From NCBI GenBank assembly GCA_021324855.1, contig JAJPIG010000009.1:44138-108137 (forward strand): 64,000 bases of DNA, read 5' to 3'. A program made the translations under genes and the position numbers. Positions within the stretch are counted from its first letter, which is position 1. Every line of letters starts with the position of its first letter. The notes under the pieces are model-generated. The model was given only the letters and a program-made list of their open reading frames with translations, ran no database searches and was not told where the DNA came from. This document shows positions 19,295 through 28,721 of the stretch, in pieces. The stretch is from Pseudomonadota bacterium (GTDB lineage Bacteria > Desulfobacterota > Binatia > Binatales > Binataceae).

Positions 19295-20185
19295 TCAGCG
19301 TTTGAGTCCGGCGTTTTCGCGCGCGACCAGCGCGACCGCCGCCCAATCGAGCTCGCCCATCCCGCGCGCAAGTCCCTCGATGATGTGATCGCGAATCAGG
19401 CTGGCGGTCGGCGCGGGGACGTTGGCCTCACCCGCCATCCCGAGTACGAGCTCGATGTCCTTGAGGCCAAGCTTCAGCTTGAAGCCGGGCGGGTCGTAGG
19501 CGCCGCGCGTAATGATATCGAGATATCCCTGGTACATCGGCGAGTTGAACAGCGAGCTGGTCAGCACGCGTGCGACGGTCGGGACGTCGAGACCGCCCTT
19601 CTCGGCCATCACGAGCGCCTCCGCAATCGCCTCGATCGCGCTCATAATGAGAAAATTGTTGACCAGCTTCATTACGTGCGCGGCGTCCGATCTCTCGCCG
19701 AGGTCGAACGTCTGCTGGCCCATCGCGTCCAGCAATGGACGTACGCGTTCCTTCGCCGCCGCCGGTCCCGACAGCAGGATCCAGAGCTTGCGCGCCTTGG
19801 CACGATCCGGGCGGCCGACCACCGGGCAGGCGAGGTAAGCGCCACCGCAGCGCGCGTGCGCCTCGGCGAGCCGTCGCGAGAGAGCGGGTGAAACGGTGCT
19901 CATCGAGAGATGGACTCCGCCCGGCCCAAGCCGTTCGATGATCCCGTTATTGCCGAGCGAGACGGCCTCGAGCGCGGTATCGTCGGCGACCATCGTGATC
20001 GTGATGCCGCCCGGCCTCGCCGCGTCCGCGGGGGTTGCGGCGCGCCGCGCGCCTCGCGCGACCAGCGGGTCGGCCTTCGATGCGGTTCGATTGTAGACCG
20101 TCAGGCTGAATCCGGCATCGATGAGCGCCTCGGCCATCGGCAGTCCCATCGCGCCCAATCCGATAAATCCGACTTCGACAGGCAT
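19295..20185 (-). CDS. NAD(P)-dependent beta-hydroxyacid dehydrogenase family oxidoreductase (3-hydroxyisobutyrate/6-phosphogluconate DH-like)
   Basis: N-terminal Rossmann motif VGFIGLGAMGLPMA. 296-aa length and the ...KLVNNFL... block typical of the family. Confidence 0.85.
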   Translation of the reverse strand: MPVEVGFIGLGAMGLPMAEALIDAGFSLTVYNRTASKADPLVARGARRAATPADAARPGGITITMVADDTALEAVSLGNNGIIERLGPGGVHLSMSTVSPALSRRLAEAHARCGGAYLACPVVGRPDRAKARKLWILLSGPAAAKERVRPLLDAMGQQTFDLGERSDAAHVMKLVNNFLIMSAIEAIAEALVMAEKGGLDVPTVARVLTSSLFNSPMYQGYLDIITRGAYDPPGFKLKLGLKDIELVLGMAGEANVPAPTASLIRDHIIEGLARGMGELDWAAVALVARENAGLKR

Positions 20186-20230
20186 CAGAATCCTCCAGGC
20201 AAGTATGATGCGGCCAACGCCAATTCGTTT

Positions 20231-20953
20231 TCAGCGCGAACGTCCGACGCCGATACGCGGGCAGCGATCCGCGATTGGACAACGCGAGCATCGCGGCGAC
20301 GTCGGATGACACAGGGTCTGACCGAACGCGACCAGAAGGCGATTGTACTCCAACCAGTAGCGGCGCGGCAGAACGGCGCGCAGTGCTAGCTCGGTCGCAT
20401 CGGGATTGCGCGTGCGCACGAGGCCCCATCGATTCGAGATGCGATGCACATGCGTATCGACGCAGATTCCCGGCTTGCGATAGGCCTCGGTCACCACGAG
20501 ATTGGCGGTTTTGCGGCCGACGCCCTTGAGCGTGACCAGGTCCTCGATCCGATCGGGCACGCGCCCGCCGAACCGATCGATGAGCGTACGGCAGATGTCG
20601 CGAATCACTCGCGTTTTGGTGCGGTAAAATCCAACCGGATAGATCAGCCGCATCAGCGCGGCAGGTTTGAGCTTCAGAATCGCCTCGGGCGTCGCGGCGC
20701 GGCGGAATAGACGCTCGGCGGCCACCGCAGTGGTCTCATCGCGCGTGCGAAGGCTCAGGATGCAACCAATCAGCGTGAGGAACGGATCGTCGCGCTCGGC
20801 CGCAACCAGCGTCAGGATCGGTGCGTTCCAACCCGCCGATTCACGGCGCAGGATTGCGAGCGCACCACCGACAGTCGCGGGCGTCAGGGGAGGCGAGGGC
20901 TGTGCCTTTGGGCGGGTCGATGCCGATCGCGCGACAGAAATTGAGGAGCGCAT
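20231..20953 (-). CDS. nth: Endonuclease III-like HhH-GPD DNA glycosylase
   Basis: HhH element LVTLKGVGRKTANLV. C-terminal 4Fe-4S loop CHPTSPRCSRCPIADRC. Confidence 0.85.
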   Translation of the reverse strand: MRSSISVARSASTRPKAQPSPPLTPATVGGALAILRRESAGWNAPILTLVAAERDDPFLTLIGCILSLRTRDETTAVAAERLFRRAATPEAILKLKPAALMRLIYPVGFYRTKTRVIRDICRTLIDRFGGRVPDRIEDLVTLKGVGRKTANLVVTEAYRKPGICVDTHVHRISNRWGLVRTRNPDATELALRAVLPRRYWLEYNRLLVAFGQTLCHPTSPRCSRCPIADRCPRIGVGRSR

Positions 20954-20993
20954 TGCGGATGAGATCTAGCATGCGCTACAAAGCATCCGAACC

Positions 20994-22484
20994 ATGTCCG
21001 CTGATTCGCGAAGCTTTAGCCGTAATTGGAGCAGATTAAACCTTAGCCTCGCGCCGATAGTCGCGCTGATCGCGATTCTCTGCGCATCGATTTTCATTTT
21101 CGCGAAGACTTATGCAGCGCAGGGGAAGCGGCGTCACAGTGTGACTCCATCGCCGAGGCCGCCCGACTGGGACAAGCTCACGCAGGAAGCGACCGATCTG
21201 CTTTCAAATTACATCCGGATCAACACGACCGATCCGCCCGGCGATGAACTCCCGGCAGCGAAGATGCTGCGCGAGAAGTTTCTCGCCGATGGCATCCCCG
21301 CGACCATCTGGGAGTCATCGCCCGGCCGCGCGATCCTGGCGGCGCGCCTCCGCGGCGTCGGCCGCCATACCAAATCGATCATCCTATTGAGCCACATGGA
21401 TGTGGTGCCCGCGAACCCAAAGGAATGGCAGGTGCCGCCGTTCTCGGGCACGGTAAAGAACGGCGAGATCTGGGGACGCGGCGCGCTCGATGACAAGGGG
21501 CCGGCGGTGGTCGAGTTGATGGCGATGCTCGCGATCAAGCGAATGGGGGTGCTGCTCGATCGCGATATTTTGTTTCTCGCCACCGCGGGCGAAGAGGTAG
21601 GCGGCGCAGCCGGTGCGGGATGGGTGCTCGAGCACAAGCCTGACCTCTATTCCGACGCCGGCTACCTGCTGAACGAAGGCGGGGGCATCCTGGTTCAAAA
21701 GAGCGGCAAGCTCTACACGGTGTCGGTTAGCGAAAAGACCCCGCTCTGGCTGCGGCTCACCGCGACCGGTCCTGCCGGACACGCGGCCGTACCGCCGGCT
21801 GAGACCGCGGTCACGCGGCTGATTGCCGCGCTCGATCGGCTGGATACGTTCCGCACGCCGATTCGCGTGATCAATCCGGTGCGCGATTACTTCCATTCGC
21901 TGGCGATGCTCGGGGACGCGCCCGATCAGTTCAGCGACCTGGCAGTGGCGTTGCGCAAAGATCCGGCTTTTGCGCGCAACTTCGTCGCCGTGCCTGGACA
22001 GAACGCGCAGGTCCGCGACACGATCACACCAACGGTGCTTCACGGCAGCGACAAGACCAACGCCATCCCGTCGAGCGCGTACGCCGAGGTCGATTGTCGT
22101 CTGCTGCCCGGCACGGACAAGAAGGAATTTCTCGCCACAATCCACAAGGTGATCGCCGACAAGTCGATCAAGGTCGATGTGCTGCTGAATTTTCCGCCCG
22201 CCTCGTCGCCGCAGAAATCGCTCCTGATGAACGCGATCCGAATCGTCGCGCAGCGCTTCGACAAGGCGCCAGCGGTGCCGCGCTTGCTCGACGGCTTTAC
22301 CGACAGCCACTACTTCCGCGAGAAGGGGATCGTGGCTTACGGGTTCATCCCGCTCGAGGTCACTCCCGCAGAGATGCACGAGGTGCACGGCATCAACGAG
22401 CGCATTGCGGTGAAGAATCTGAAAGGTGGAATCCAGCGGATGGTCGACCTGCTGGAAATCATCGGCGGTCGCGAGGGACAATAG
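20994..22484 (+). CDS. M20/M25/M40-family metallopeptidase with N-terminal membrane anchor
   Basis: LLSHMDVVPA, IWGRGALDDKG and ATAGEEVGG motifs. A hydrophobic helix near the N-terminus (LAPIVALIAILCASIFIFA). Confidence 0.85.
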   Translation: MSADSRSFSRNWSRLNLSLAPIVALIAILCASIFIFAKTYAAQGKRRHSVTPSPRPPDWDKLTQEATDLLSNYIRINTTDPPGDELPAAKMLREKFLADGIPATIWESSPGRAILAARLRGVGRHTKSIILLSHMDVVPANPKEWQVPPFSGTVKNGEIWGRGALDDKGPAVVELMAMLAIKRMGVLLDRDILFLATAGEEVGGAAGAGWVLEHKPDLYSDAGYLLNEGGGILVQKSGKLYTVSVSEKTPLWLRLTATGPAGHAAVPPAETAVTRLIAALDRLDTFRTPIRVINPVRDYFHSLAMLGDAPDQFSDLAVALRKDPAFARNFVAVPGQNAQVRDTITPTVLHGSDKTNAIPSSAYAEVDCRLLPGTDKKEFLATIHKVIADKSIKVDVLLNFPPASSPQKSLLMNAIRIVAQRFDKAPAVPRLLDGFTDSHYFREKGIVAYGFIPLEVTPAEMHEVHGINERIAVKNLKGGIQRMVDLLEIIGGREGQ

Positions 22485-22499
22485 GCCGCGGCTGGAACC

Positions 22500-23684
22500 A
22501 TGATCCGCGCCGGCGTCGGACATTCGACCGCGACCAACCCCCGCACCGCAGCCTCGGAGGCGACCGCGATTGCATTGCGCTCCGCCGGTCTCACACGGGC
22601 CGACGCGGCGATCTGCTTTGCGACCACCGCGCACGGCGCCGCATTCGGCGCGATCGCGCGTATCGTCGGCGAGACGGCCGGGACCCGCGACATCGTCGGA
22701 TGCAGCGCAAGCGGCGTAATCGCGGGCGAACATGAGATCGAGTCGGGCGCGGCGGTTGTGGTGATGACGCTTGGCGGCCTTGCGGCGACGCGCTTCTTCG
22801 CGCCGTCGCTGCGCGGCCACGGCGCCGAGCGCGCCGCCGACATCGCGGCGGCGGTAAGGCGCGCGCCGGGCCCGAACCGGATGCTCTGCCTGCTCGTTGA
22901 TACCTACAACTTCGAGCCCGAGCCGATGTTCGCGGCCCTCGCGCGCGAGCTGCCGCCGGATGTTGCGACCGTCGGGGGTGGGGCGACCGAAGACGGGACC
23001 ATCGGCGAGACTTTCGTTTTCTGCGGCGACACGGTGAGCTCGAATGCGGTCTCAGGGATGGTCCTGAGCGGCGATTTCACACTCAATCTCGGCGCCTCAC
23101 TCGCATGTGCGCCGGTCGGTCGCGGTCATCGCGTGACGGCGGTGCGCGACAATGTGCTGATCGAGCTGGATGGACGGCCCGCCTATAAGGTGTTCGCCGA
23201 AACCGTCGGCCTGCTGGCGGAGGATCTGCGCCGTGCGATGGCCTACGTCTTCCTCGCCGTGCCCTACGATTCGCGCGCGGAGCATCTCGCGCGTGGTAAT
23301 TTCTTCCTGCGCAACCTGGTCGGCGCCAGTCCCGAGCATGGGATGCTCGCCGTTGCGCATCGCCCGCGCGTCGGCGACCTCGTCGGTTTCGCGCTCCGCG
23401 ATGGCGAGCGCGCGCGCAACGATCTGAAGCTCACGCTCGATGAGATGACCGCCCGCGAGCTGCCGACCCCCGCCTTCGGCCTTTATTTCGACTGTGTCTC
23501 GCGCGGGAGCGGCCTCTACCAGATGCCGGGGCACGATTCGGCGTACATCCGTCGTCACTTCGGTCCGGTGCCGGTCGCCGGCTTCTTCACCGGTTTCGAA
23601 ATCGGACCCGCAGGCCCAGCGACCGGGCTGCTGCAATACTCCGGCGTACTCGCGATGGTCTCTGAAAGGCCTCCGCTGCATTAG
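22500..23684 (+). CDS. FIST-domain (FIST_N + FIST_C) sensory protein
   Basis: N-terminus MIRAGVGHSTATNPRTAASEA...IVGCSASGVIAG... and C-terminus ...VAGFFTGFEIGP... follow the FIST pattern as I know it. Lies 15 nt after the M20 gene. Confidence 0.7.
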   Translation: MIRAGVGHSTATNPRTAASEATAIALRSAGLTRADAAICFATTAHGAAFGAIARIVGETAGTRDIVGCSASGVIAGEHEIESGAAVVVMTLGGLAATRFFAPSLRGHGAERAADIAAAVRRAPGPNRMLCLLVDTYNFEPEPMFAALARELPPDVATVGGGATEDGTIGETFVFCGDTVSSNAVSGMVLSGDFTLNLGASLACAPVGRGHRVTAVRDNVLIELDGRPAYKVFAETVGLLAEDLRRAMAYVFLAVPYDSRAEHLARGNFFLRNLVGASPEHGMLAVAHRPRVGDLVGFALRDGERARNDLKLTLDEMTARELPTPAFGLYFDCVSRGSGLYQMPGHDSAYIRRHFGPVPVAGFFTGFEIGPAGPATGLLQYSGVLAMVSERPPLH

Positions 23685-23785
23685 CACCGTCCGTCGCCGA
23701 GCCGCGCTGCCTTGCGCGTCGAAAACTTTTAGTGCTAGCCAGATCGGCGGCACCGATTCGATCGTCATCATGGAGGAGAAGCAGG

Positions 23786-24922
23786 GTGGACTTCGGTTTT
23801 TCTGAAGAGCAGGAGATGCTGCGCGACGCGGCTCGGCGCTTCCTTGCCGACAACTGTCCGACCACTTTCGTGCGCCGGATGATGGCGGACGAGAGTGCGC
23901 ATGACCGCCCGTTCTGGAAGAAGATCACCGAACTCGGATGGCCCGGGCTGCTGATACCCGAAGCATACGGCGGGCAGGGCGGCAGCTTCCTCGATATGAC
24001 GGTCATCCTTGAGGAAGCCGGGAAGGCGTTGGTCCCGGGCCCGTTTTTCACCAGCGCGATTCTCGGCGCCGTAGCGACGGTGGAAGGCGGTTCCGAAGAA
24101 CTCAAGCGCGCGTTGCTGCCCAAGATGGCGACGGGCGAGTTTATCGGCACGCTTGCGATCGCCGAGAAGACGGGGCGCTTCGACCCCGCCGGCATCAAAG
24201 TGAAAGCGTCGAAGCGCGGCGCGAAATGGATCTTGACGGGTGAGAAGATGTTCGTGCCCGATGCGCATGTTGCGGACGGCATTGCGGTAGCGGCGCGCAC
24301 GGCTCGCGGTACCGGCGAGAACGGCATCACATGGCTCTGCGTCGACGCCAAGGCGAAGGGCGTCACGATCACCCAGCTCAAGACCGTGGATATGACCCGG
24401 CGGCTCTGTCACGTGAAGTTCGAAAAGGTCGAAGTGCCTGCCGGGAACATCCTGGGAGCCGAGAACGAAGGCGGAGCGCTGCTCCGACGGATGGTCGAGG
24501 TCGCAGCGACCGCACTCTCGGTCGAGATGGTAGGGACAGCGCAAAAAGCGCTCGACCTTGCGGTTGACTACGCCAAAACGCGCATCCAGTTCGGCAAGCC
24601 GATCGGCGCGTTCCAGGCTATTAAGCACAAGTGTGTCGACATGATGGTCGCGGTCGAAAATGCCCGCTCGCTCAGCTACTATGCAGCTTGGGCGGTCGAT
24701 ACGCGCGCCGCCGAGTCGAGCGCGGCGGTCGCGATGGCGAAGGCGTACGCCTCCGACATGGCGAAGAACGTCACCAGCGAAGCGATCCAAGTGCACGGCG
24801 GAATCGGCTTCACCTGGGAGCACGACATGCATCTGTACCACCGGCGCGCGATCGCGGGTGAATCCAACTTCGGCAACGCCCCGGTGCATCGCGAGACCGT
24901 GGCGAGACTGGTTCTCGATTAA
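23786..24922 (+). CDS. Acyl-CoA dehydrogenase
   Basis: Start trimmed to the GTG at 23786 (VDFGFSEEQEMLRDAARRF, the typical ACAD N-terminus), preceded by GGAGGAGAAG. C-terminal QVHGGIGFTWEHDMHLYHRRA. Confidence 0.9.
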   Translation: MDFGFSEEQEMLRDAARRFLADNCPTTFVRRMMADESAHDRPFWKKITELGWPGLLIPEAYGGQGGSFLDMTVILEEAGKALVPGPFFTSAILGAVATVEGGSEELKRALLPKMATGEFIGTLAIAEKTGRFDPAGIKVKASKRGAKWILTGEKMFVPDAHVADGIAVAARTARGTGENGITWLCVDAKAKGVTITQLKTVDMTRRLCHVKFEKVEVPAGNILGAENEGGALLRRMVEVAATALSVEMVGTAQKALDLAVDYAKTRIQFGKPIGAFQAIKHKCVDMMVAVENARSLSYYAAWAVDTRAAESSAAVAMAKAYASDMAKNVTSEAIQVHGGIGFTWEHDMHLYHRRAIAGESNFGNAPVHRETVARLVLD

Positions 24923-24981
24923 GCGCCGGTTGCCGCCATCGACCAGCGTGCGAATGTGAGCCGGCAGAGCGCGGCGGTGCC

Positions 24982-25812
24982 TTGTCCGATGCTCCGCTGA
25001 TGGAACTCATCCTCAAGTCCGGTTCCGGGCGCAAGGCGATCCTTGATGGCTCGCAACCCGGCCGCCTACTCGACGTTCCGGCCGGGGCTGGCAACTATTC
25101 GAAGACGCTCGGCGCGATGGGTTACCAGGTGGTCTCGATGGACCTGATGCCGCCGGCGCATCGCGCGCGCCCGCTCAGGTGGGTGCAGGCCGACGCCAAC
25201 CTGCTGTTCCCATTCGCGGATGCAAGCTTCGATTACATCTTGTCGCGCGAGGGCATCGAACATCTGGAAAACCAGGTCGGATTCATTCGGGAATGCGCGC
25301 GGGTACTGAGGCCACGCGGGATGCTGGTAATCACGACGCCCAACCTGATGCATCTTTCGGCGCGCATAAGTTACCTGCTGACCGGGCAGCGAAATCTCAA
25401 GCGCGGGCTGGTGAACGAGGTCCAGACGCTCAGGGCGGCGCGCGGGCCGCATCTCTACCACGGCCATGTCTTCATGATCGATTACTTCCGGATGCGCTAC
25501 CTGCTGCGGCTTGCGGGTTTCGAGGACCTCGCGGTCTGCACGGATCGTTACAGTCCGACCGCGATTGCACTCGCCCCGCTGGCGCCGCTCCTGTGGGCCG
25601 CATCGCGCTTCGCGGTGCGAAGCGCGATGCGGATTAACCGGCGCAAAGGACTAATCGCCGCGCCCGCTCCGGTTACTGATGAGATCATCGCGCACGTTCA
25701 CTCGCCTGCATTGCTCTTCGGTAAGCGGATGATCGTCACGGCGCGACGGGGGTCCACATCGCCGCTTAATGCGGCGGCGCAAGCGCCGGCGGCGCCGAAG
25801 TCATCCGGCTGA
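24982..25812 (+). CDS. Class I SAM-dependent methyltransferase
   Basis: LLDVPAGAGNYS (motif I variant), FDYILSREGIEHL and RVLRPRGMLVITTPN. The start is uncertain (TTG at 24982 or ATG at 25000). Confidence 0.7.
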   Translation: MSDAPLMELILKSGSGRKAILDGSQPGRLLDVPAGAGNYSKTLGAMGYQVVSMDLMPPAHRARPLRWVQADANLLFPFADASFDYILSREGIEHLENQVGFIRECARVLRPRGMLVITTPNLMHLSARISYLLTGQRNLKRGLVNEVQTLRAARGPHLYHGHVFMIDYFRMRYLLRLAGFEDLAVCTDRYSPTAIALAPLAPLLWAASRFAVRSAMRINRRKGLIAAPAPVTDEIIAHVHSPALLFGKRMIVTARRGSTSPLNAAAQAPAAPKSSG

Positions 25813-26566
25813 GCGCATATCTGAACGGTTCGTCCGAGACGACGACCGCCCCCTGGTAGGGACTGGCAAGCTCGCTGATGGCGAGGATTGTGAGTCCGAT
25901 CAATGAAGCGAAGGTCGCGATCATAATCGCCTGTGAACGGAAAACCCGGGTGCCGAAGAAATAGCCGAAGCCCAGCGTGATCAGACATCCGACGTAGATC
26001 ACGATCCAGATCACCGACGGCAGCTCCTCGCTGTAATAGACGAATCGTAGCTGGCGGGCATCGCTCAAATCCGCGACCTGATCGATGCTCTTGTCGAGAA
26101 AGGTCTGCTGGCGCGGGCCCGAGGGCGTGTAGGTCGACAGGACGCGCCAGATACGCTCCTCGGTGCGCATGCTCTGTCGATAGCCGTAGGTCGCCATCGC
26201 GGTCCATTCGCGATTAACCACATCGGAGGTGTACTGGCGAAGCGCGGCCTGCATCGCGGTCCGCGCCGGTTCATCGAAACCCTGCGAGAGATCGTAGAGA
26301 TTCAGGAGCGCCAGCGCTTCGCGTTGTGCGGTTTCATTGGCGCGTTCAAAACGCTGCCATACGGCCACTATTACGAAAGCGAGGATGACGCCGTAAAACG
26401 CGCCGACCACACCGAACGTGAAGCCGGCGACATCGTGATCTTCGCGCAACACGTGCGGTGGGATGCGCTGCCGGACCAGGTAGAGTCCCCCCACGGTGAG
26501 CGTTGCAAAAACGCTCACCACTATCAGCGCCTGAACCGTGATCGGCAGGTTCCCCAACGTGTCCAT
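25766..26566 (-). CDS. Integral membrane protein (DUF4239-like by architecture)
   Basis: Start trimmed to the ATG at 26566 (MDTLGNLPITVQALIVVSVFATLTV...). Two N-terminal and two C-terminal TM helices flank a soluble helical region. The family call rests on architecture only. The 3' end overlaps the convergent methyltransferase gene by 47 nt. Confidence 0.45.
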   Translation of the reverse strand: MDTLGNLPITVQALIVVSVFATLTVGGLYLVRQRIPPHVLREDHDVAGFTFGVVGAFYGVILAFVIVAVWQRFERANETAQREALALLNLYDLSQGFDEPARTAMQAALRQYTSDVVNREWTAMATYGYRQSMRTEERIWRVLSTYTPSGPRQQTFLDKSIDQVADLSDARQLRFVYYSEELPSVIWIVIYVGCLITLGFGYFFGTRVFRSQAIMIATFASLIGLTILAISELASPYQGAVVVSDEPFRYALSRMTSAPPALAPPH

Positions 26567-26621
26567 CGCGACGCTCTCCTGCGGATCGGGGTGCTTTATC
26601 CGCGTGCGAGTCATCTTTACT

Positions 26622-27575
26622 ATGCGCTGTGGGGTGATGCGACGGGGGGTGGCCATAGGGCTGATGCTTGCGTTGGCCGCAATTCCGGCGAGCGCGCGGG
26701 CGCAAGTCGGCAAGCGCAACTTCATCGAACCGCTGATCGTCGAAGATGCCAACCCCAGCAACGAACTTGACCTGATCCCCCAATGGGTCAAGCTCTCCCA
26801 TGGCACGCTGCTATCGATCACCGGATCGCTGGAGAAACAGCTCGCCGAAAATTTCAGCCTTCAACTCGCGGACGCCTGGAACGACCCTTCGTGTCAGACC
26901 GGGCATGCCTGTTCGCTGGCAACCTTTACCCGCATCGGACGCCATCGACAGCGTCGGTTCCGTACACAATTGCTCAGCGGCTTCGGGGATTTTGAAATTC
27001 TGACGAAGTACGCGTTCCTGACCTCGGCGCGGCACGAGTTGCGGATCGCATTCGGCAGCGATCTTTTTCTCACCAACGGTAATCCTAGCGCCGGCTGCTC
27101 AACGCATACCTATGTGGGTCCGATCCTGATGTCTTCGAAGGGGATGGGTGACATCCCGGATTTGAGCGTCATCCGCTATCTTCGCCCGCTGGCGCTGCAA
27201 GCCGACGTAGAGGACGTGATCAGGACCGGCGGGACGGTGGGGAACCAGGTAAATGCTGAATGGGTGGTCTCGTACCAATTTTCGTATCTGAGCGATTACG
27301 TGCGCGATATCGGATTGCCGCCGTTTATTCGGGCTCTCAGTCCTTTTGGCGAGTTCACCTATGCCCAGTTTGTTCAGGGCGGGGCCGGCAGCACGCAACC
27401 CGACCTTCGCGTCCTTCCCGGCATCGCGTACGTCAACGGTCCCTACCAGGTGAGCCTCGCGACGATGTATTCCCTGAACCGGGTCGAGACTCAGGCAACG
27501 CATGCAGCGGTGATCGCGATGCTCAGCCTGACGCTGGATCAGCTTCTGACCGAGTTCGGCTGGACGCCGCTATAA
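26622..27575 (+). CDS. Secreted / putative outer-membrane protein of unknown function
   Basis: Start trimmed to MRCGVMRRGVAIGLMLALAAIPASARAQ (signal peptide). Beta-strand-rich composition. It could belong to the MetA-pathway phenol-degradation OM channel family, but I cannot verify this without a search. Confidence 0.45.
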   Translation: MRCGVMRRGVAIGLMLALAAIPASARAQVGKRNFIEPLIVEDANPSNELDLIPQWVKLSHGTLLSITGSLEKQLAENFSLQLADAWNDPSCQTGHACSLATFTRIGRHRQRRFRTQLLSGFGDFEILTKYAFLTSARHELRIAFGSDLFLTNGNPSAGCSTHTYVGPILMSSKGMGDIPDLSVIRYLRPLALQADVEDVIRTGGTVGNQVNAEWVVSYQFSYLSDYVRDIGLPPFIRALSPFGEFTYAQFVQGGAGSTQPDLRVLPGIAYVNGPYQVSLATMYSLNRVETQATHAAVIAMLSLTLDQLLTEFGWTPL

Positions 27576-27580
27576 GAGTT

Positions 27581-27615
27581 GAGCGGTCTACGATTCGGTC
27601 GCCTCTTGACCGCTC
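27581..27615 (+). terminator. Hairpin downstream of the OMP-like gene
   Basis: GAGCGGTC (27581-88) pairs with GACCGCTC (27608-15), leaving a 19-nt loop. It lies 6 nt after the TAA stop. No U-tract follows. Confidence 0.3.
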
Positions 27616-27721
27616 GTCGGGTTAAGTAGAAGTATTAACGCACGGGCAGCGCGGATTTATCGAGAAAATCGCGGCGGAAATCATCGCCCGTTCATGGATT
27701 GCTATCCAGGCCATCCACTAG

Positions 27722-27740
27722 CGATGGTCGATGACCATCG
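27722..27740. promoter_or_regulatory. Perfect 8-3-8 palindrome immediately upstream of the extradiol dioxygenase RBS
   Basis: CGATGGTC-GAT-GACCATCG, followed directly by GGAAGGAGAG and the ATG at 27756. Confidence 0.35.
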
Positions 27741-27755
27741 GAAGGAGAGAACGGT

Positions 27756-28712
27756 ATGGGGGTGATGCGAATCGGTCACGTATCGCTGCGGGTCACGGGC
27801 GACATGGAAAAATGCCGCCGGCATTACGAGAAGATGCTGGGGCTCTACGAGACCCATCGCGATCCCGATGGCACGACCTACTACAAATGCTGGGATGAGT
27901 GGGACAAGTACAGCGTCCAGCTCACCCCTGCCAAGGATCCCGGCGCCAACCATATCGCGTACAAGGTCGAGAAGGACTCCGACCTTGACCTGTTCACGAA
28001 GCGGATCACCGAATACGGCATCAAAGTCGAGCAGCTCAAGCCCGGCGAGATCCCGTTCGTCGGCCGTGCGATCCGCTTCGCATTGCCGAACACCACCAGG
28101 ATGGTGCTTTACGCCGAGAAGGAATTCGTTGGCAAGAACGTCGGTGTGCACGATCCCGATCCCTGGCCGGATGATATCCACGGCTGCGGCGTCATGCATC
28201 TGGATCATACGCTCCTGATGTGTGAACTCGACCCGGTGCGCGGCGTCAACAAAGTCGCAGAATGCACCGACTTCGCGATGAAGTGCCTCGACTTTTATAT
28301 GACCGAGCGGCTGGTCGGCGGCCCGGATAAGAAGGTGTTGGGCTTGTCGTTCCTGTCATGTTCCAGCAAGCCGCACGATTTGGCTTTCGTCGGTGGCAAT
28401 CGCAACGGGTTCCATCACATGGCGTTCTACCTGGAGAGCTGGGAGGATGTCGGTCGGGCCGGTGATGTGATGGCGAAGCACCGCACGCGCATCGACCAGG
28501 GTCCAACGCGCCATGGAATCACGCGCGGGCGCACGATCTACTTCTTCGATCCTGCCGGTAACCGCAACGAGACGTTCGCAGGCCTCGGCTATTTCGCCAA
28601 TCGCGACATGCCGATTATTGAGTGGAGCGAGGAGAACATCGGGCGCGCGATCTTCTACCCGACCGGCGTCATCAACGATGCGTTCCGCGACGAATACACC
28701 GCGGCTTCGTAA
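27756..28712 (+). CDS. Catechol 2,3-dioxygenase-type extradiol dioxygenase (two-domain VOC)
   Basis: IGHVSLRV, NHIAYKV, MHLDHTLL, FHHMAF and GPTRHGITRGRTIYFFDPAGNRNE blocks typical of type I extradiol enzymes. 318 aa. Confidence 0.85.
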   Translation: MGVMRIGHVSLRVTGDMEKCRRHYEKMLGLYETHRDPDGTTYYKCWDEWDKYSVQLTPAKDPGANHIAYKVEKDSDLDLFTKRITEYGIKVEQLKPGEIPFVGRAIRFALPNTTRMVLYAEKEFVGKNVGVHDPDPWPDDIHGCGVMHLDHTLLMCELDPVRGVNKVAECTDFAMKCLDFYMTERLVGGPDKKVLGLSFLSCSSKPHDLAFVGGNRNGFHHMAFYLESWEDVGRAGDVMAKHRTRIDQGPTRHGITRGRTIYFFDPAGNRNETFAGLGYFANRDMPIIEWSEENIGRAIFYPTGVINDAFRDEYTAAS

Positions 28713-28721
28713 TCGACTGCG

